From Octopus vulgaris (taxonomy: Eukaryota), in NCBI GenBank assembly GCA_951406725.2, contig OX597817.1, positions 125,612,001 to 125,676,000 of the forward strand: a stretch of DNA of 64,000 bases, written 5' to 3'. A program made the position numbers and the translations under genes. Positions 25,450 through 39,030 of this stretch are shown piece after piece. The number at the start of each line of letters is the position of its first letter. The stretch's first letter is position 1. Below the pieces are notes generated by a model. It was given only the letters and a program-made list of their open reading frames with translations. It had not been told where the DNA came from and ran no database searches.

Positions 25450-27300
25450 ATATCTCTAATCATTACAGTCCCATATCATCTTCACATAAAATGAAACACC
25501 TTCAGATCAAACTTCACTATATTGCCTCTTTTAGTTCAGTTCAGCCTCTTTTGGAGGTTTCATTAACTGGAGTATTTTCACATTCTTATGCAACAATTAT
25601 TCTACACATGCATCACGTACCAGTGCAGTTACACTCTAAATTTGATTCTTTTCATACTTAAATTTTCTCTCAGCTCAGTTATACTCTGTAATTTATGCAC
25701 ACAAGCATTGCAGCTATATAGGAGCGTGCTAGTTTCATTTCCTTCAAATTTTTCTGACTTGATTACCAACATCTCACTATTCTGTATCATCACAGTTCTA
25801 ACACCAATTTTAATTATTTTGATCTTAACTCTGTAAAAAATCTTTGCTCCTGGCACAACTAATAAATAAGTCTCTGAACCTTTCAAGGAAATGCATTTCC
25901 AATATGCTTTTAGTATATATTGCTTCAGTGCATCTGCTATATACAAGGAATGCCACCTCTGTTAGCCTGCAGGAGATTTCACGACACTTCGTGTGTCCAT
26001 AGCTTACATATGATACAGAATATGGAGTTTATACTTACTCTTTCTCTACTCATCAAGCTAAATCATTTCCACAATATCAGCATCCTGCCTCTTTTCCTAT
26101 TAACTAGTACCCTAACTCATGCCAAGTTTACTTTGGGTCCCCTAGATTCTGGGATGAGCTATCATGCTTGGAATTTCTTCACTAATTCCACTATAAATTC
26201 ATGTATATGAACTACATAATAAAACACTTTCCATGGTCTCTAAAACTATGATGAATAAGATAAGTCTTAGGATTAAGCCTTAATCCACCCCTAACTTCTT
26301 ACTAAACTTGTCTCTGAACTCAGCAAGAGTAACAGGAAAAGACCCTGCCCACCCCACAACAATAGGCTACAAAATAGGTTTTGTCTGCTAAATTTCACTT
26401 TCAGAGTTTTGTTTGAAACAAAATGGCAGTAGAAGACAATTGTCCAAGTGTCATTACAGTGGGATTGAATCTAAAACAAACTTTTTCCCACATGACTATA
26501 CCTGCATCCATTAAGGCACATATGATGACAATTGTCAAAATGTCTTCTGCAGATAATTTTAGAACCAAAATAAAACATTTGTTAATAGATATATTTTGTA
26601 AGAAATTAACAATAACCATCCAATTTTTAATTTCAATATTACAGGCCTCATTATCTTGCCATGCTGTATGTCCAATACTCTGATACATTGATTTGGATAC
26701 TGTATGCATTTCACTGCCCATTTCAAATTTTCATTTTGACAGTCAAATTTGTCAGTCAAACTTGTCAGCCAAACTAGAACCCAATTAAATTAGTTAACAG
26801 ATATTTTTAGACATATAAAATTTGTGAAAAGGATTTTTATTGAGGGCTCCTTTATCTACACTTCACTTACAAGGTGTAATAAATCCAAAACTTGCCTATA
26901 GTAGTTACCTGGCCTGTTAACAAAGTCATATCTTGTGAAATTAATTCTTAATTTTGAAATTATTTCTTCTTTTCTTAAAAGAGATGCTAAAATCGGTGAT
27001 GGGGTTCTTGTATTTTTTCCCCAATTAAGATGCAAATTTAAATGAGTTAAGGATTCCTTATATGCCATTCAGTTAATATTTCAAATTGTTTATCTAAAGT
27101 CATGCCATTGGTCTACTAAACTTATTTTCTATATTTAGTTTTAGTTTTTTTATATAAGATTTTATTTCCTTACTTTGATAATAAAATTTAAGATGTATAT
27201 GATGAACTATGTTTTTGTATTGAGACTATATCAATAGCAATTACTATAGGTTTGTTGTAAGACTTTAAGATGAACTTGAAAGATCAAAATTAAAACAATT
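25450..27300 (-). pseudogene. Heavily decayed Penelope-like element (RT plus GIY-YIG)
   Basis: Ordered remnants on the minus strand: IVIAIDIVSI (LVxxDVxSLY), PSPILASLLRKEE..FTRYD (SPILANLYM..E..RYVDD), NENLKW...IRVLDI, LLYSCNAC...ENLSMKRI (GIY-YIG-like). Confidence 0.5.
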
Positions 27301-27577
27301 TCTGAATCTTGAAAAAGTAGCCTCATTCTCTAGCAAATTCTTCAGACATTTTGGCACTGTGCTTTGGTCTTGGCATAATTCAACTTATGTCTTTTTTTTC
27401 TATATTATCCTGCAACTTCAAAGAATTTTGTCAACTTTCATATATAATATATTTAAACATTTATTTCTTTTTTTCTCCCTTTATCTATTTTTACTCTTGG
27501 TTTATTGGCTTTTATTTGAATTCTTTCAAATGTAATTTCTGATAGTTAAATACTTTTATTCAAAATAAATTACTTAC

Positions 27578-28178
27578 CTAAGATCTTTGCACGGAAAAAT
27601 GGAATAAATATTTATAAAGAAAATAACAAGAAGTAAAATGAACAAAAAAATTTCTTTTGAAAATATTTTATTGTCAATGATATTACTCGGGGAAAAAAGT
27701 GAAAATCATTCATATATTTTCATTATTATTGTTTTCTATTTTTACACATTCCGGAATTCAAAGATATATCTCACCTCTTTGGACATTTAAATCTTTTGAA
27801 TATTATCATGATGCATAATGAAAGAAAAGTTATATCAAATCATAAATTTTGGTTGAAATCCTTTTAAACATTCCTGGAACTGATAAATGTTTGGTATCTA
27901 TTATAAATACTTTCCTCTATATCTTTTCTTTTAAACCAGATATCAAAGAATTTATTTACAGTCATGGACTCAAGTGTTATTTTTGGATACATCAGAATAA
28001 AAAAATAAAAAGACTTCTCTTCAAAATATCAACAGACACTGTGTCTAGTTTTCTTTCACTTTTGTACAGAATATTTTCTATTTCATTTCATTGTTTCTAC
28101 GTTTTATTAATTTTTGATAAAGTTTTTTTTTTTGAATCATCAGTTGGCTTTTGTGTTCCCAAAAAGAAAATCAGTATC
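27578..28178 (-). other. Candidate AT-rich 5'UTR exon of minus-strand host gene
   Basis: Strong acceptor cttcactttatttttccag and donor TTAG/gtaagt; pairing of the two sites is assumed. Confidence 0.3.
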
Positions 28179-28369
28179 CTGGAAAAATAAAGTGAAGCCA
28201 TAATGTATCTTTTGCTTTAATGTATATACATAGATACATACATAAATACATACGTATATACATCATGCATATGTAGGTGTGTAAGTGTATTAATACAGTG
28301 ATATAAATATACACACACAGATATATATATATATATATAGATACATGCATTTTTGCATGCATACATTCC

Positions 28370-28419
<50 letters not shown>

Positions 28420-28480
28420 ATTTATATATCTATGTGTGTGTGTATATATATGCATAAATATACATACATACATACATACA

Positions 28481-28549
<69 letters not shown>

Positions 28550-29555
28550 GCATACACACAAACATTAATAGAAAAACATTTGTGACTTCAGATAACGTTG
28601 CTCCAAGTGGTAAGTTAGCCACGTGCTTTAGAGATGGTTGATTGACATTGAGTGATGTTTATATTTTATTCCTATTGGTTTATACCAAATAATGGAAAAG
28701 AGGTAAACGAGTGCTAGATGAGTTAACAGATGCTGAATGCTAGACATCTTTGATGCAGTAGATAAGATATGTCTCCCATTAGAATTTTCATTAGAATTTC
28801 GATAATGTTTTATTGAAAATGACAAGACAATGCTGTCAACTAACTGTCTAAAAGTAGCAGATAGGAAGCTCAGTTGACGACAGTAGTAAGAAAGTTAAGT
28901 TTTCTTGTGAAGAGATACTTTAAGCTATTTCAAATGCCATTGTTTTTGAGAGAGAGAAATATTGCTGTTAAGTATCCTAGATAAATACGTTGAAGCTTCG
29001 TCAAGCATGCTACAAGTTATGCTGACCATGTTGTTTCACTAAAACAATACAATGGAGATTGTGTACCCTTTCACCTGAAGGAGTACATAACCTGAAAAAA
29101 ACTTACTTTGCAGTACTCACAACCTGTGCAGTAAGTACTGTATGATCTCTTAGGATGGCATCCAATGTAATGAGGAGTTTACTATAATACTAATGCCTTA
29201 GAAAGTCAGAATCTTCTTAGCGGGGAGTTAGGTTGATAAAGCTCTTGCAGGGTTTCCTTGAACTAAAGCTGAACATTTGCATGATTTATTCTGATGTAAT
29301 GTGCAATATTTGATGTAATATTGTCTAAACAAAACTAGCAAATCATATTTCTTAGTGAAATTCCACTGGAATTTCATTTCTAATATATGCAAAAGGAACT
29401 GAACTTATCTATTGTGACACATTTGTCCCATTTTCACCATTCAGCACTTGCTACAGAAACTAGCAATCTCTAAAATTTCTGTTGTTCTCCATCACATGAG
29501 CTGTGATTATTCACAAATTGCTAATAAGTATATATACAATACAAGCACAAGCTTG

Positions 29556-29717
<162 letters not shown>

Positions 29718-29822
29718 ATATATATATTTATATATAGAGAGATAATTTGACTCTCCACAGACACAACAGAATATGCTTCAACACACGAACTCAGATAAAG
29801 AATCTTGTAATCCAAAAACGAA

Positions 29823-29881
<59 letters not shown>

Positions 29882-29934
29882 CTGTATCATTTAATTATAG
29901 AAAGGACAGTTAAACATATATAAATTGGAATCAA

Positions 29935-30138
29935 ATTTGGCACAAGGCAAGTGCATTCCAGTTAGAGGGTAGGACAATTACTTAGAACCCAGTGTTTAGC
30001 TGGTACTTGCTTTATCGACCCTGAGAGGATGAAAATCAAAGTCAACCCCAGTGGCATTTGAACTCAGAAAGTAAAGTCACAAAAAATACCATTAAACATT
30101 TTTCCCAGCATGACAACCATTCTGCCAGCTCACCACCT
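29935..30138 (-). mobile_element. SINE family A
   Basis: Reverse complement AGGTGGTGAGCTGGCAGAA...GAGTTCAAATGCC...TTTCATCCTCTCAGGGTCGATAAAGCAAGTACCAG. Confidence 0.85.
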
Positions 30139-30456
30139 GAATCAAACATAATTTACCAACTTAAAATTTCAAGTGAAACACTTTACAAAGGCAACATTTG
30201 TATGATTATGCAAGGAAGATCCAAGTCATTAGAGGTAGAGCATTTAGGCATTAAGAAATTGCAATGATTTGTGGAAGCTTTCAATACTTGAAGCCAATGA
30301 CACTAATATCAATGTGTTAAAAAAATATGTATAAAAAATTTGGCAATTAAGTTGAATATGAAGTCGAAGGTGATGCTGCTCATAGTGGTAACTCTATATG
30401 CACTAAATTTGAAACTGTTACTCAGGTCATTACTATGGGTCCTGTTCTACAAATAT

Positions 30457-30712
30457 CTGATGATGTTGTGGATGTTGATAATGATGCAGAGAATGCTGAT
30501 AATAATGATGATCTTGATGATGATTATGATGACGAGGATGAGGAGGAGGACAATAACGACGATGAGGATGATGATGTTGATGAGGACAATGATAGTGATG
30601 ATGATGGTGGTGGTAAATTTGGTGATTGTGACAATGGTAGAGTTGGGAATGATGGTGGTAATACTGATGATCGTGATAACAAAGATGATGACAATAATGG
30701 GGCAGATAATTA
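30457..30712. repeat. Degenerate (GAT)n/(GGT)n trinucleotide repeat
   Basis: Direct reading; produces Asp-, Met- and His-rich ORFs in different frames. Confidence 0.8.
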
Positions 30713-30829
30713 TTAAAACAATAATCCAAAAGTTTATTTTTCAAAATATCAGGTAGACATTTTGGCGAGATTTTTTTTCCCATACATCATTATTTAACAA
30801 ATTCTTTTTTATTATTCTCTTTCAACTTC

Positions 30830-30857
30830 CTCTGTCTCTCTTCTCTCTCTCACTCTC

Positions 30858-30927
<70 letters not shown>

Positions 30928-30996
30928 CATACATACATATATATATATATATATACAAACATATATATATACATACATATATATATACATATATAC

Positions 30997-31066
<70 letters not shown>

Positions 31067-31086
31067 CTGAATACACACACACACAC

Positions 31087-31137
<51 letters not shown>

Positions 31138-31664
31138 TCATTGCAGAAATTCAGTTCTCTATTTTTTTTTATTTGGCATTTCTCAAAATAAAAGCAAAAA
31201 GAAAATTATAATAATAGAAATGGTATCAAGGAAGAAGAAAGTGCAAGCACAATATATCTTCTCCTTTCCATAAACTCACAAAGACGAAACAGATCATAAA
31301 TTGCACTTCATACTTGGATTTTCAATTTCTTTATTGGTGAGGGTTATTATCAGTTTTGTGAAAATCTAAACAGCCTGATAAACAAGATTCTTGTATTTAG
31401 AATTTTTCTCTTCTTTTGTTAATCTTATGGACATTTCGGTTTATTTCTTATCTTATAGTGATACGAATGATGATTTTTTAAAGAAATCTTTTCTGGCAAT
31501 TATTTGCGATAATATATGTGACATAGCCATTTTTAATTATTCATGTGCATAGTTATCTTACACGCTCAAAGACTCTCCTGTATCATACATTCACACACAC
31601 ACACACATATATATACTTATATATATATTTATATATGTGTATGTATGTATATATGTGTGTGTGC

Positions 31665-31698
<34 letters not shown>

Positions 31699-31923
31699 AA
31701 ATATATATATATGTATGCATATATGTATATATGTAGATGTATATATAAAGTTGTATGTATAGATACATATATATATGTATTTTTATATATATATATGTAT
31801 ATAATATTATATACATATGTATTTATGTATATATATGTCAATACACACACATATAAGTGTGTATGTATGTATATGTATGTATGCATATATATATATATGA
31901 ATATATATAAAATAAACACACAT

Positions 31924-31960
<37 letters not shown>
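30830..31960. repeat. Two large compound (CT)n/(TA)n/(TG)n microsatellite blocks (about 30830-31132 and 31590-31960)
   Basis: Direct reading. Confidence 0.9.
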
Positions 31961-31965
<5 letters not shown>

Positions 31966-32600
31966 CCTAATACACACTTCTATGTACAGGCCCATATAGT
32001 TTTATATCTTTAACTTCTTCAGTAAGTGAAGAATCATTGACATTTGTGAGAAATACCTAAACACATATCAAATTTCATAAAAAGTGTTTTTATTAGCTAT
32101 TCTTTATTTTTACATCAATGGCTTAAAACTTCATCAACTATCATAACCGTCATCTATAAAAACTATTAGTAGAAAACAAGTATATAATAGATTTTTCTTC
32201 TGCATAATAAAACAAATTCTGTCATTCAAAAAAATCTTTCTCAGATTTTCCTTCAATTTTGTAAGTAGAAAACCACATATATCTCCCTGTCTATATATCT
32301 AACCTTCTTTCTTTCTTTTTTCCTTTCTTTCTTTCTTTCTAAATACCACTCTTCCCATCTATGTCTTTCAGTCTTTATATGATTAACATTGTCCCCTCTC
32401 ATAATGTTACAGTTTTCTTATCACTGTGCTAGTGTTATCTACTTCTTTAAACATATCTTTCATTTTACCTCTGTGCATGTATATATACATGCGTGCATAT
32501 ATGTGTGTGTGTATGTGTGTGTGTATGTGTGTGTGTGTGAGTGTGATTGTGTGTATTGTAAATTGTATATATATATATGCATGTATATACATAAATATTC

Positions 32601-32650
<50 letters not shown>

Positions 32651-32843
32651 AGGTTGAGACCCTTAGGTGTCAGGTACAACTGAATAAATGCTATAGACAG
32701 ACCACAGTTTAATTCCAGGTATGGTGATTTTGTGAATAAGGGGTTCAACTTTGGTCATATGTCAGCGTGTGTATATAAGAATCTTTTGCGTAATGAGATA
32801 AAAAAAACAAGGCTATGTAGATATTAGAACATTTATAGAGAGA

Positions 32844-32893
32844 TCTTACAGCTGTGTCCAGGATATTTATTAATTATATTCCTTCATCGGAGA
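32844..32893 (-). ncRNA. Degenerate minimal type-I hammerhead ribozyme (pLTR copy 1)
   Basis: tct-CcGATGA-aGGaATAT..ATATCCT-g-GAcAC-AGCT-GTA-aga; palindromic stem III ACAGCTGT. Confidence 0.6.
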
Positions 32894-33275
32894 TGTTGTG
32901 AGAGGATGGTTAAGTAATAATTAATTTAGATAGGATACAAAATAGAGAGTGAGGTGGAGGAAAGAAAATAGATGTGAGATATGTAGGGGTAATGAATTTG
33001 TAGATCCACTTCTTAGGCAGAATGGTATATATGTAAGTTTCCAATACGTTTTGTAAGAATGAAGAGTTTAAAAGTAAATACTTTATGAGAAATATCAAAC
33101 AGTTGGACTTTTCTCATAAGGTATTGGAATCTTACATATATACCATTCTGCCTAAAAAAATGGCTCTACAAATTCAATATCCCTACATATCTCACATCTA
33201 TTTTCTTTCCTTCACCTCCCTCTCTGTTTTGTATCCTATCTAAATTAATTATTACTTAACCATCCTCACACACTG

Positions 33276-33326
33276 TCTCTGATGAAGGGATATAATTAAT
33301 AAATATCCTATAAAACAACTGTAAGA
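33276..33326 (+). ncRNA. Degenerate minimal type-I hammerhead ribozyme (pLTR copy 2)
   Basis: tct-CTGATGA-AGGGATAT..ATATCCT-ataAAAC-AaCT-GTA-aga. Confidence 0.6.
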
Positions 33327-33456
33327 CCTATCTATAAATGTTCTATCTACACACCATTGTTTTTTTATCTGATTACGCAAAAAATTCTCATATATATATA
33401 TATAGATACATATATATATGTATGTATGTAGGTATGTATGTACGTATGTATGTATG

Positions 33457-33509
<53 letters not shown>

Positions 33510-34039
33510 GAGGATAAAATATATAAGAATTTATTATTAATCACAATTGAATCGACACATCTACCATCGATCCCACATGGGTGGGACACTCAACAACTGG
33601 TTCAGGAGCATTCGGCGGTGCAGATGTATCTCATTGGGTAATAAATAGATACAACTCGTTAAAATTACAGTTCCGCAATGTAGCTTCCCATTTTGTAGAA
33701 AAAAAAGTAACAAGACGGAGGAAATATCTTCATTTACACAGAAGATCAAAAATAAAATCACAGATGGAAAAAGAAACAAACACACAATACAACGAGAAAG
33801 GCATTAAAAATAACCGTTAACAAAAATATGGATGTATAAAAGCCCTAGCGAAAACTGCATGGCGCGTGGACACTCACTCATACAAGCATCCGTGAAAATG
33901 TGAGCATACACACACACACGTAAGGTCTGGTGCACTCTCGATCACACAGCGTGTTAAATATCCACTTGGTGTTTGTAAGAATGAGGAGTTTAAAAGTAAA
34001 CTTAATTCGTCCGTACCTTAAAGTAAATTATGGTAACAA

Positions 34040-35900
34040 TTACCAAAATTCATTTCCACTGCATTGTGCGAAAGTGCATTTATATGCGTGTAGGCATCAT
34101 GAGTTTTATTCAGAAATTCTATAAATGATCTTCTCATTAGAGTACAGGTTAGATAGAGATTCCGGATTCCGCTGAGCAGAGACGGCATCTCCTGGAAATT
34201 ATATTGTATGGTTTCGCGTGACTAAGGCTGTACTTAATTTTATCCTTCTCCATTCGCCATACAAAATCGGCCAAAGATGTTGAATGTCTCTTATTGATTG
34301 CCTTAAAGCTGGTGACATGGTTATGATAATGACTTAAATGAATCAGCCGTCTGCCGAATGTAAACATACGGCCCTCCCCTTGTGTGCACGGTACATTTAT
34401 ATACAAGATTTGTACTCATACAGAGATTCATCAAGGGACATTTTGATTTTTGTCTGCATGCGCATTTATTATATTTATTTGCATATAAGGCGCTTCCAAA
34501 TCCCTTTACTGACGTTGTTACTGTGTTAGCTGTATCATAAGTATTTCTACTATTAGAATTTGGCCGTAAGTGGTACTTTTCGTAGCCGTTTACATCTCCT
34601 TTATTAGTATTTAAACATGTATGTTCGCTAGATTCAGTAGGTGAGTCATTGAACCTTTGTTGCACTTTGCTATTGTGTATCTGATGCATAAGATGCTCTG
34701 ATTTAGCAAAATTAGTGTAGGATATCTTCACGGTGTTCCAATTAAAAGTAGCATCATACTTATTAGATTTAGAAAAATATTTGTCCAAAGCAGCAAAAAA
34801 CTTTCCAGTGATCTCGATGGAAATATGTGGACCGAAAATCGGGTTAAACCGGAGTATATCCTGATTCCTATATCTGTTGTTAGGCTTATTTGATCGAGTG
34901 TCTTGTATAGGATTGGAACAATTTACAGTGTTACAAGTAGTTAGATAATTATGCTGCGTGTGTCAATCAGTTTTCGTTGGTAGTTCATTGTCTTGACCAA
35001 TTTTCCTGGCCCGTATTCTTTATCTGAATGAGTTCTCAAACCAGGACGTTGTAATGATGTAAAATGTGTATTACAATTAGAGGAATTACCAGAGTTGTGT
35101 ATGCCTGCTTCTTGTATTTACTGAATTTTTTCATGGTACCCAGCCCTAGGTAGAACAGCATTATGATAAGTTATATGTGATTCGAAAATTTTATTATTGG
35201 CTAATAATATAGAAATTCTTGTAGAAATATTCTTAACTAATTTTCGCATTATTGAAGGTAGATGATTGGATGCTACATTAATCAACTTAATATGATCTTA
35301 TGAAATGGTTCAAATAACCCACTATCAAGATAGAAGGTAGTCTTAAGAAAATTCACTGTACGATAATCTTTACCTATAGTAATATTTAGTCCTAAATTTT
35401 AAAAATATCTAAAGAAATTTTCAGTATGCCTTTATAATTATACTTTGCTATTTCTCTCCAGAAAAAATAAAGAATCACCCCTATTTAGAGCCCGTGTTAC
35501 TTCTGGAAAGGAAGATTAGATTAATGACGGGATATATATTCTGACTAGGTCTGCGACCTGTGCAGAATCACATGATTCCATTGCTGTATCAAAAGCTTTC
35601 TCCCTATCTAATCTACTCTATAATCTACCTTCAAAATCTACTATAGTTGCTCGCGCGGCAAGTATTATATCTACTTCGCGTCGAGAAAAATCGGAATTTC
35701 TCATACTATAAATCAGGGCTTGACTAAGGATGATTGGGTTAATAGTGGCGTAATAGCTCTCTATATCTAGTTGCAATAATTCACTATTCTTACTAATTTC
35801 TAGAATCTTAAACCATCCAACCACCTCCTTGGATATCAGACCAGAGATCTAATCTAATTTTAGACTTAAGGGCGGGTATTACCCTATCAATAATTTTTTT
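34040..35900 (-). pseudogene. 5'-truncated Penelope-like retroelement ORF (RT plus C-terminal GIY-YIG; Naiad-like Cys pattern)
   Basis: LLQLDIESYYATI, FDTAMESCDSAQVADLV (GSxDGAExxxLVG-like), CACRQKSKCPLMNLC..LVYKCTV..YIRQT..FK..NHVTSF..HSTSLADFVW..PY...RCRLC. Confidence 0.88.
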
Positions 35901-35914
35901 TTACTAATAATACC

Positions 35915-35926
35915 TATATGTGTGTT

Positions 35927-35989
<63 letters not shown>

Positions 35990-36122
35990 GTGTGTGTGCA
36001 TGAATATACATATATATATGCATGTATGTATATATATGTGTATGTATATGTATATATATCTGTGTATATGTATGTATATATATATGTGTGTTTGTATTTA
36101 TATATATCTATGTATGTATATA

Positions 36123-36200
<78 letters not shown>
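35915..36200. repeat. (TA)n/(TG)n microsatellite abutting the PLE 5' truncation
   Basis: Direct reading. Confidence 0.95.
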
Positions 36201-36201
<1 letters not shown>

Positions 36202-36879
36202 CACATGTATGATATATTCAAGCACAACATATATCTTGTGAAGAGCAAAGTTGACAGTTTTCTATTGACTGGTGAAAAATAAATGAGAAAATTAATGTAT
36301 TGATTGCATTTAAAGTGATAGTTTGTTTATCTGAATATCTGTTCCATTTCATTGAAATCTTTTCAGTGTAATTTTTAAGTTATATGTGAATGGTCATTCT
36401 ACTTGTATAAGTCATTTAAAATGTCATAAATCATATTGGTAGTGAATGGGTTCTTTTTCATTCAAGACATCAAAGTATTCAGTATACACTCACAGAGCAT
36501 AGTGTACTCATGATCATCACCGACAACTTTATTATCATCATCAGCATTTTATGTCTACTATCTATCATGGTATGTAATACACAGATCATCATAGTTTTAA
36601 TCAATTCTTATTCGGAGTTATTCCCATGTTAGTTGGGTCAGAGGATTAATTCTCACATATACGTTATATTTTTAGTATATTTTAAATGGGTTGATGTTTT
36701 TCATAATACCTGTCACTTTGCAGAGTGTACTGGGCGCATTTTATTGTGGCAATAGTATGAAAGATGTTATGGGTTTAGCAATATGAAAGCATCCACTTTT
36801 TCTTTTTAAATTTCACTCATTTGATAACCCCTTTGCAAAATGTGCTGGGTGCATCATGAACATTCAAGAAAGATTAAGA

Positions 36880-36943
36880 TAAACAAATAGACAGAGAGAG
36901 ACAGTGAGAGTGTGTGTGTGCGCACGTGTTTGTGTAAGAGAGA

Positions 36944-36994
<51 letters not shown>

Positions 36995-37365
36995 CTGTTT
37001 GCCCTGGTAAAGCAAAATTGTTCTTTCTACACTGTGTTGCCTGTTTTATCAAGGAAGCCACCAGAGACCCTTCCATTCACTGATAAGACCAATAGAGAAG
37101 AGAGTGGTGACTAAGACGGTGAAACAAGACACAGTATGTATATGCATGTCAAAAAGTATTATAGATTGATTAGAGCAGGAGATGTGGAAGAAAAACTGTC
37201 ATATCTATCCTGTTAGTTTTTGAAAGTTTCTTGAAAGTTGAATGAAAAATGGTATGAATGGATATCAATGAAAACGTTTCATATTAGGTGATTGTGAGAG
37301 AAGATATCAATAGTGATGGGCGATGACGTGTAAGAGTGTAAGTTTTTAGCAATGAGTCACGCGGA
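36880..37365. promoter_or_regulatory. Promoter-like segment
   Basis: (GT)n, (CG)6 and (GA)n tracts, CCAAT near 37089, TGACGT and TGAGTCA near 37324-37359, GT/gtaagt donor near 37338; short motifs only. Confidence 0.3.
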
Positions 37366-37381
37366 GAGAGAATGATGGTTA

Positions 37382-38420
37382 CCAGGGTTGGCCTTAGTAT
37401 GTGCGGGGCCCAATCGGGAACAATTTTGGTGGGCCCCAGGTTCCCTAGTCAACTTGCACCTCGGAGTTATTTTTTCTCATCGTTTTGTTTTCAGGTGCTA
37501 CCAACTAATCTCGCCTCCTGATATACTGCAGAGGATTTTTATCTCTTTGTGGCATATTAGATGATCAAAATAGTGGCTGTTTTGTATGTATAATTACTGC
37601 TATTTCTAGTACACTAAACAGCCACGTTAAGGACGGGTTGCCTTTAAGTTTATTTAAAACAGAGTATAATGTGTATATATTTATATGTGTGTGTGTGCGT
37701 GGCATCGTGTTGGTGCCACGCAAAAGCACTTAGTCCACACTGTAAAGTGGTGGTATTAGGAAGGACATCCAGCCGTTCAAGTCATGCTCCTGTGCAATGC
37801 CACTTAAAACACCCAGTCCACGCTGTAATGCTGTGGCGTTAGGAAGGGCTTACAACCACAAAAACCATGCCAAACCAGACGGGTGCTAGACGTAGCCCCT
37901 GCCAAAGTGTCCAACCCATACTAGCATGGAAAATAGACATTCAATTATGATGATAATGATATGCATATACATATACATACACATATTATGTATATATTTA
38001 TATATGTGTGTAGATATATATATATGTTTGTGAGTATGTGTGCGTGTATATATATATGTGTGTGTCTATGTGTGTGTGTGGTCAGTTTCTGAAACATGGA
38101 TAATTTGTTAATAAAATTGTCTACTTATATTTCTCAGATGGTGTAGATTGCGATTATATCGGAAAGCATTTTTCTCTCTCTTTTAAAAATAAACTCAAAG
38201 GTAGCCGGTCCTTAACGTGGTTATTCATTTTGCTAGAAATGGCAGTTATTAGGCATAAAAACAGCCACTATTCTGATTTCCTAATATGCTTCAAAGGGAG
38301 TAGAAATCCTTTGCAGTGTACTAGGATCCGATATTAGTTGACAGCATACGTAAAAAAAAAAAAAGAAACAAGGAAAAATATAACTCCGAGGTGGGAGGAG
38401 GATTTCGAGGGCCCATCCCA
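37382..38420. mobile_element. Fold-back/hAT-like element with ~210-bp inverted arms
   Basis: About 37457-37665 is the inverse of about 38175-38392 (CACCTCGGAGTTAT / ATAACTCCGAGGTG; CCACGTTAAGGAC / GTCCTTAACGTGG); starts CAGGGTTGGCCTTA. Confidence 0.65.
37700..37960 (+). mobile_element. RTE-type 3' tail fragment nested in the fold-back
   Basis: GTCCAACCCATACTAGCATGGAAAATAGAC...(GAT)n, similar to the tail at 9.7 kb. Confidence 0.65.
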
Positions 38421-38744
38421 CTCCGATTTTGATGGAAAAAGTCTTTGCGGTATATTAGGCGATGAGATTAGTTAATAGCACAAGAAAAAAGAAAAACGAG
38501 GAAAATCATTGTTTCTCACTGAAATCGAGTTGGATGTAGCTAAACTATAAACTTAAACTGCATCTATCTAAACTACGCCGTTTAAAAACATTCTGGCAAA
38601 ACTCGGAAAGAAATTTAACAAGATCCCAAAGAAACTTTTATTTGTTGCATGCTGTTACGCTAAAAGAGATATACATAAAGGCAAATTAATAATAATTGTT
38701 AATTAGAATTTTTCAGAAGCTAGTTATATACTTGTTCTTTTTGA

Positions 38745-39030
38745 GCGAAAACACCTAAAGCTCCACGAGGCTCCGGTAGGGGATGATGGTGATCCCTGCT
38801 GTACTCTTTCACCACAACTGTCTCTCACTCTTACTTCCTGTTTCTTTTGTACCTGTATTTCAAAGGGCCGGCCTTGTCACTCTCTGTGTCACGCTGAATA
38901 TCCCCGAGAACTACGTTAAGTGTACACGTGTCTGTGGAGTGCTCAGCCACTTACACGTTAATTTCATGAGCAGGCTGTTCCGTTGATTCGGATCAACCGG
39001 AACCCTCGTCGTCGTAACCGACGGAGTGCT
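38745..39030 (+). mobile_element. SINE family C body
   Basis: GGCCTTGTCAC...GTGGAGTGCTCAGCCACTT.CA.GTTAATTTC...CAGGCTGTTC...GTCGTAAC, shared with 42730-42905. Confidence 0.75.

Larger units (their letters stand above)
32770..33392. mobile_element. Inverted pseudo-LTR pair (~280-bp arms) of the adjacent Penelope-like element
   Basis: About 32770-33095 is the reverse complement of about 33110-33392. The left arm carries TTTGTAAGAATGARGAGTTTAAAAGTAAA, also found near 33972 in the PLE 3' region. Confidence 0.85.

Noticed and set aside
30435-30716. 93-aa Asp-rich ORF reminiscent of acidic biomineralisation proteins
   Set aside because: Coincides with a degenerate (GAT)n repeat that is open in several frames; no signal peptide or exon context
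34150-34470. Selenocysteine recoding, as reported for some Naiad PLEs
   Set aside because: The Cys motif positions visible here use TGT/TGC codons and no SECIS-like element was recognised
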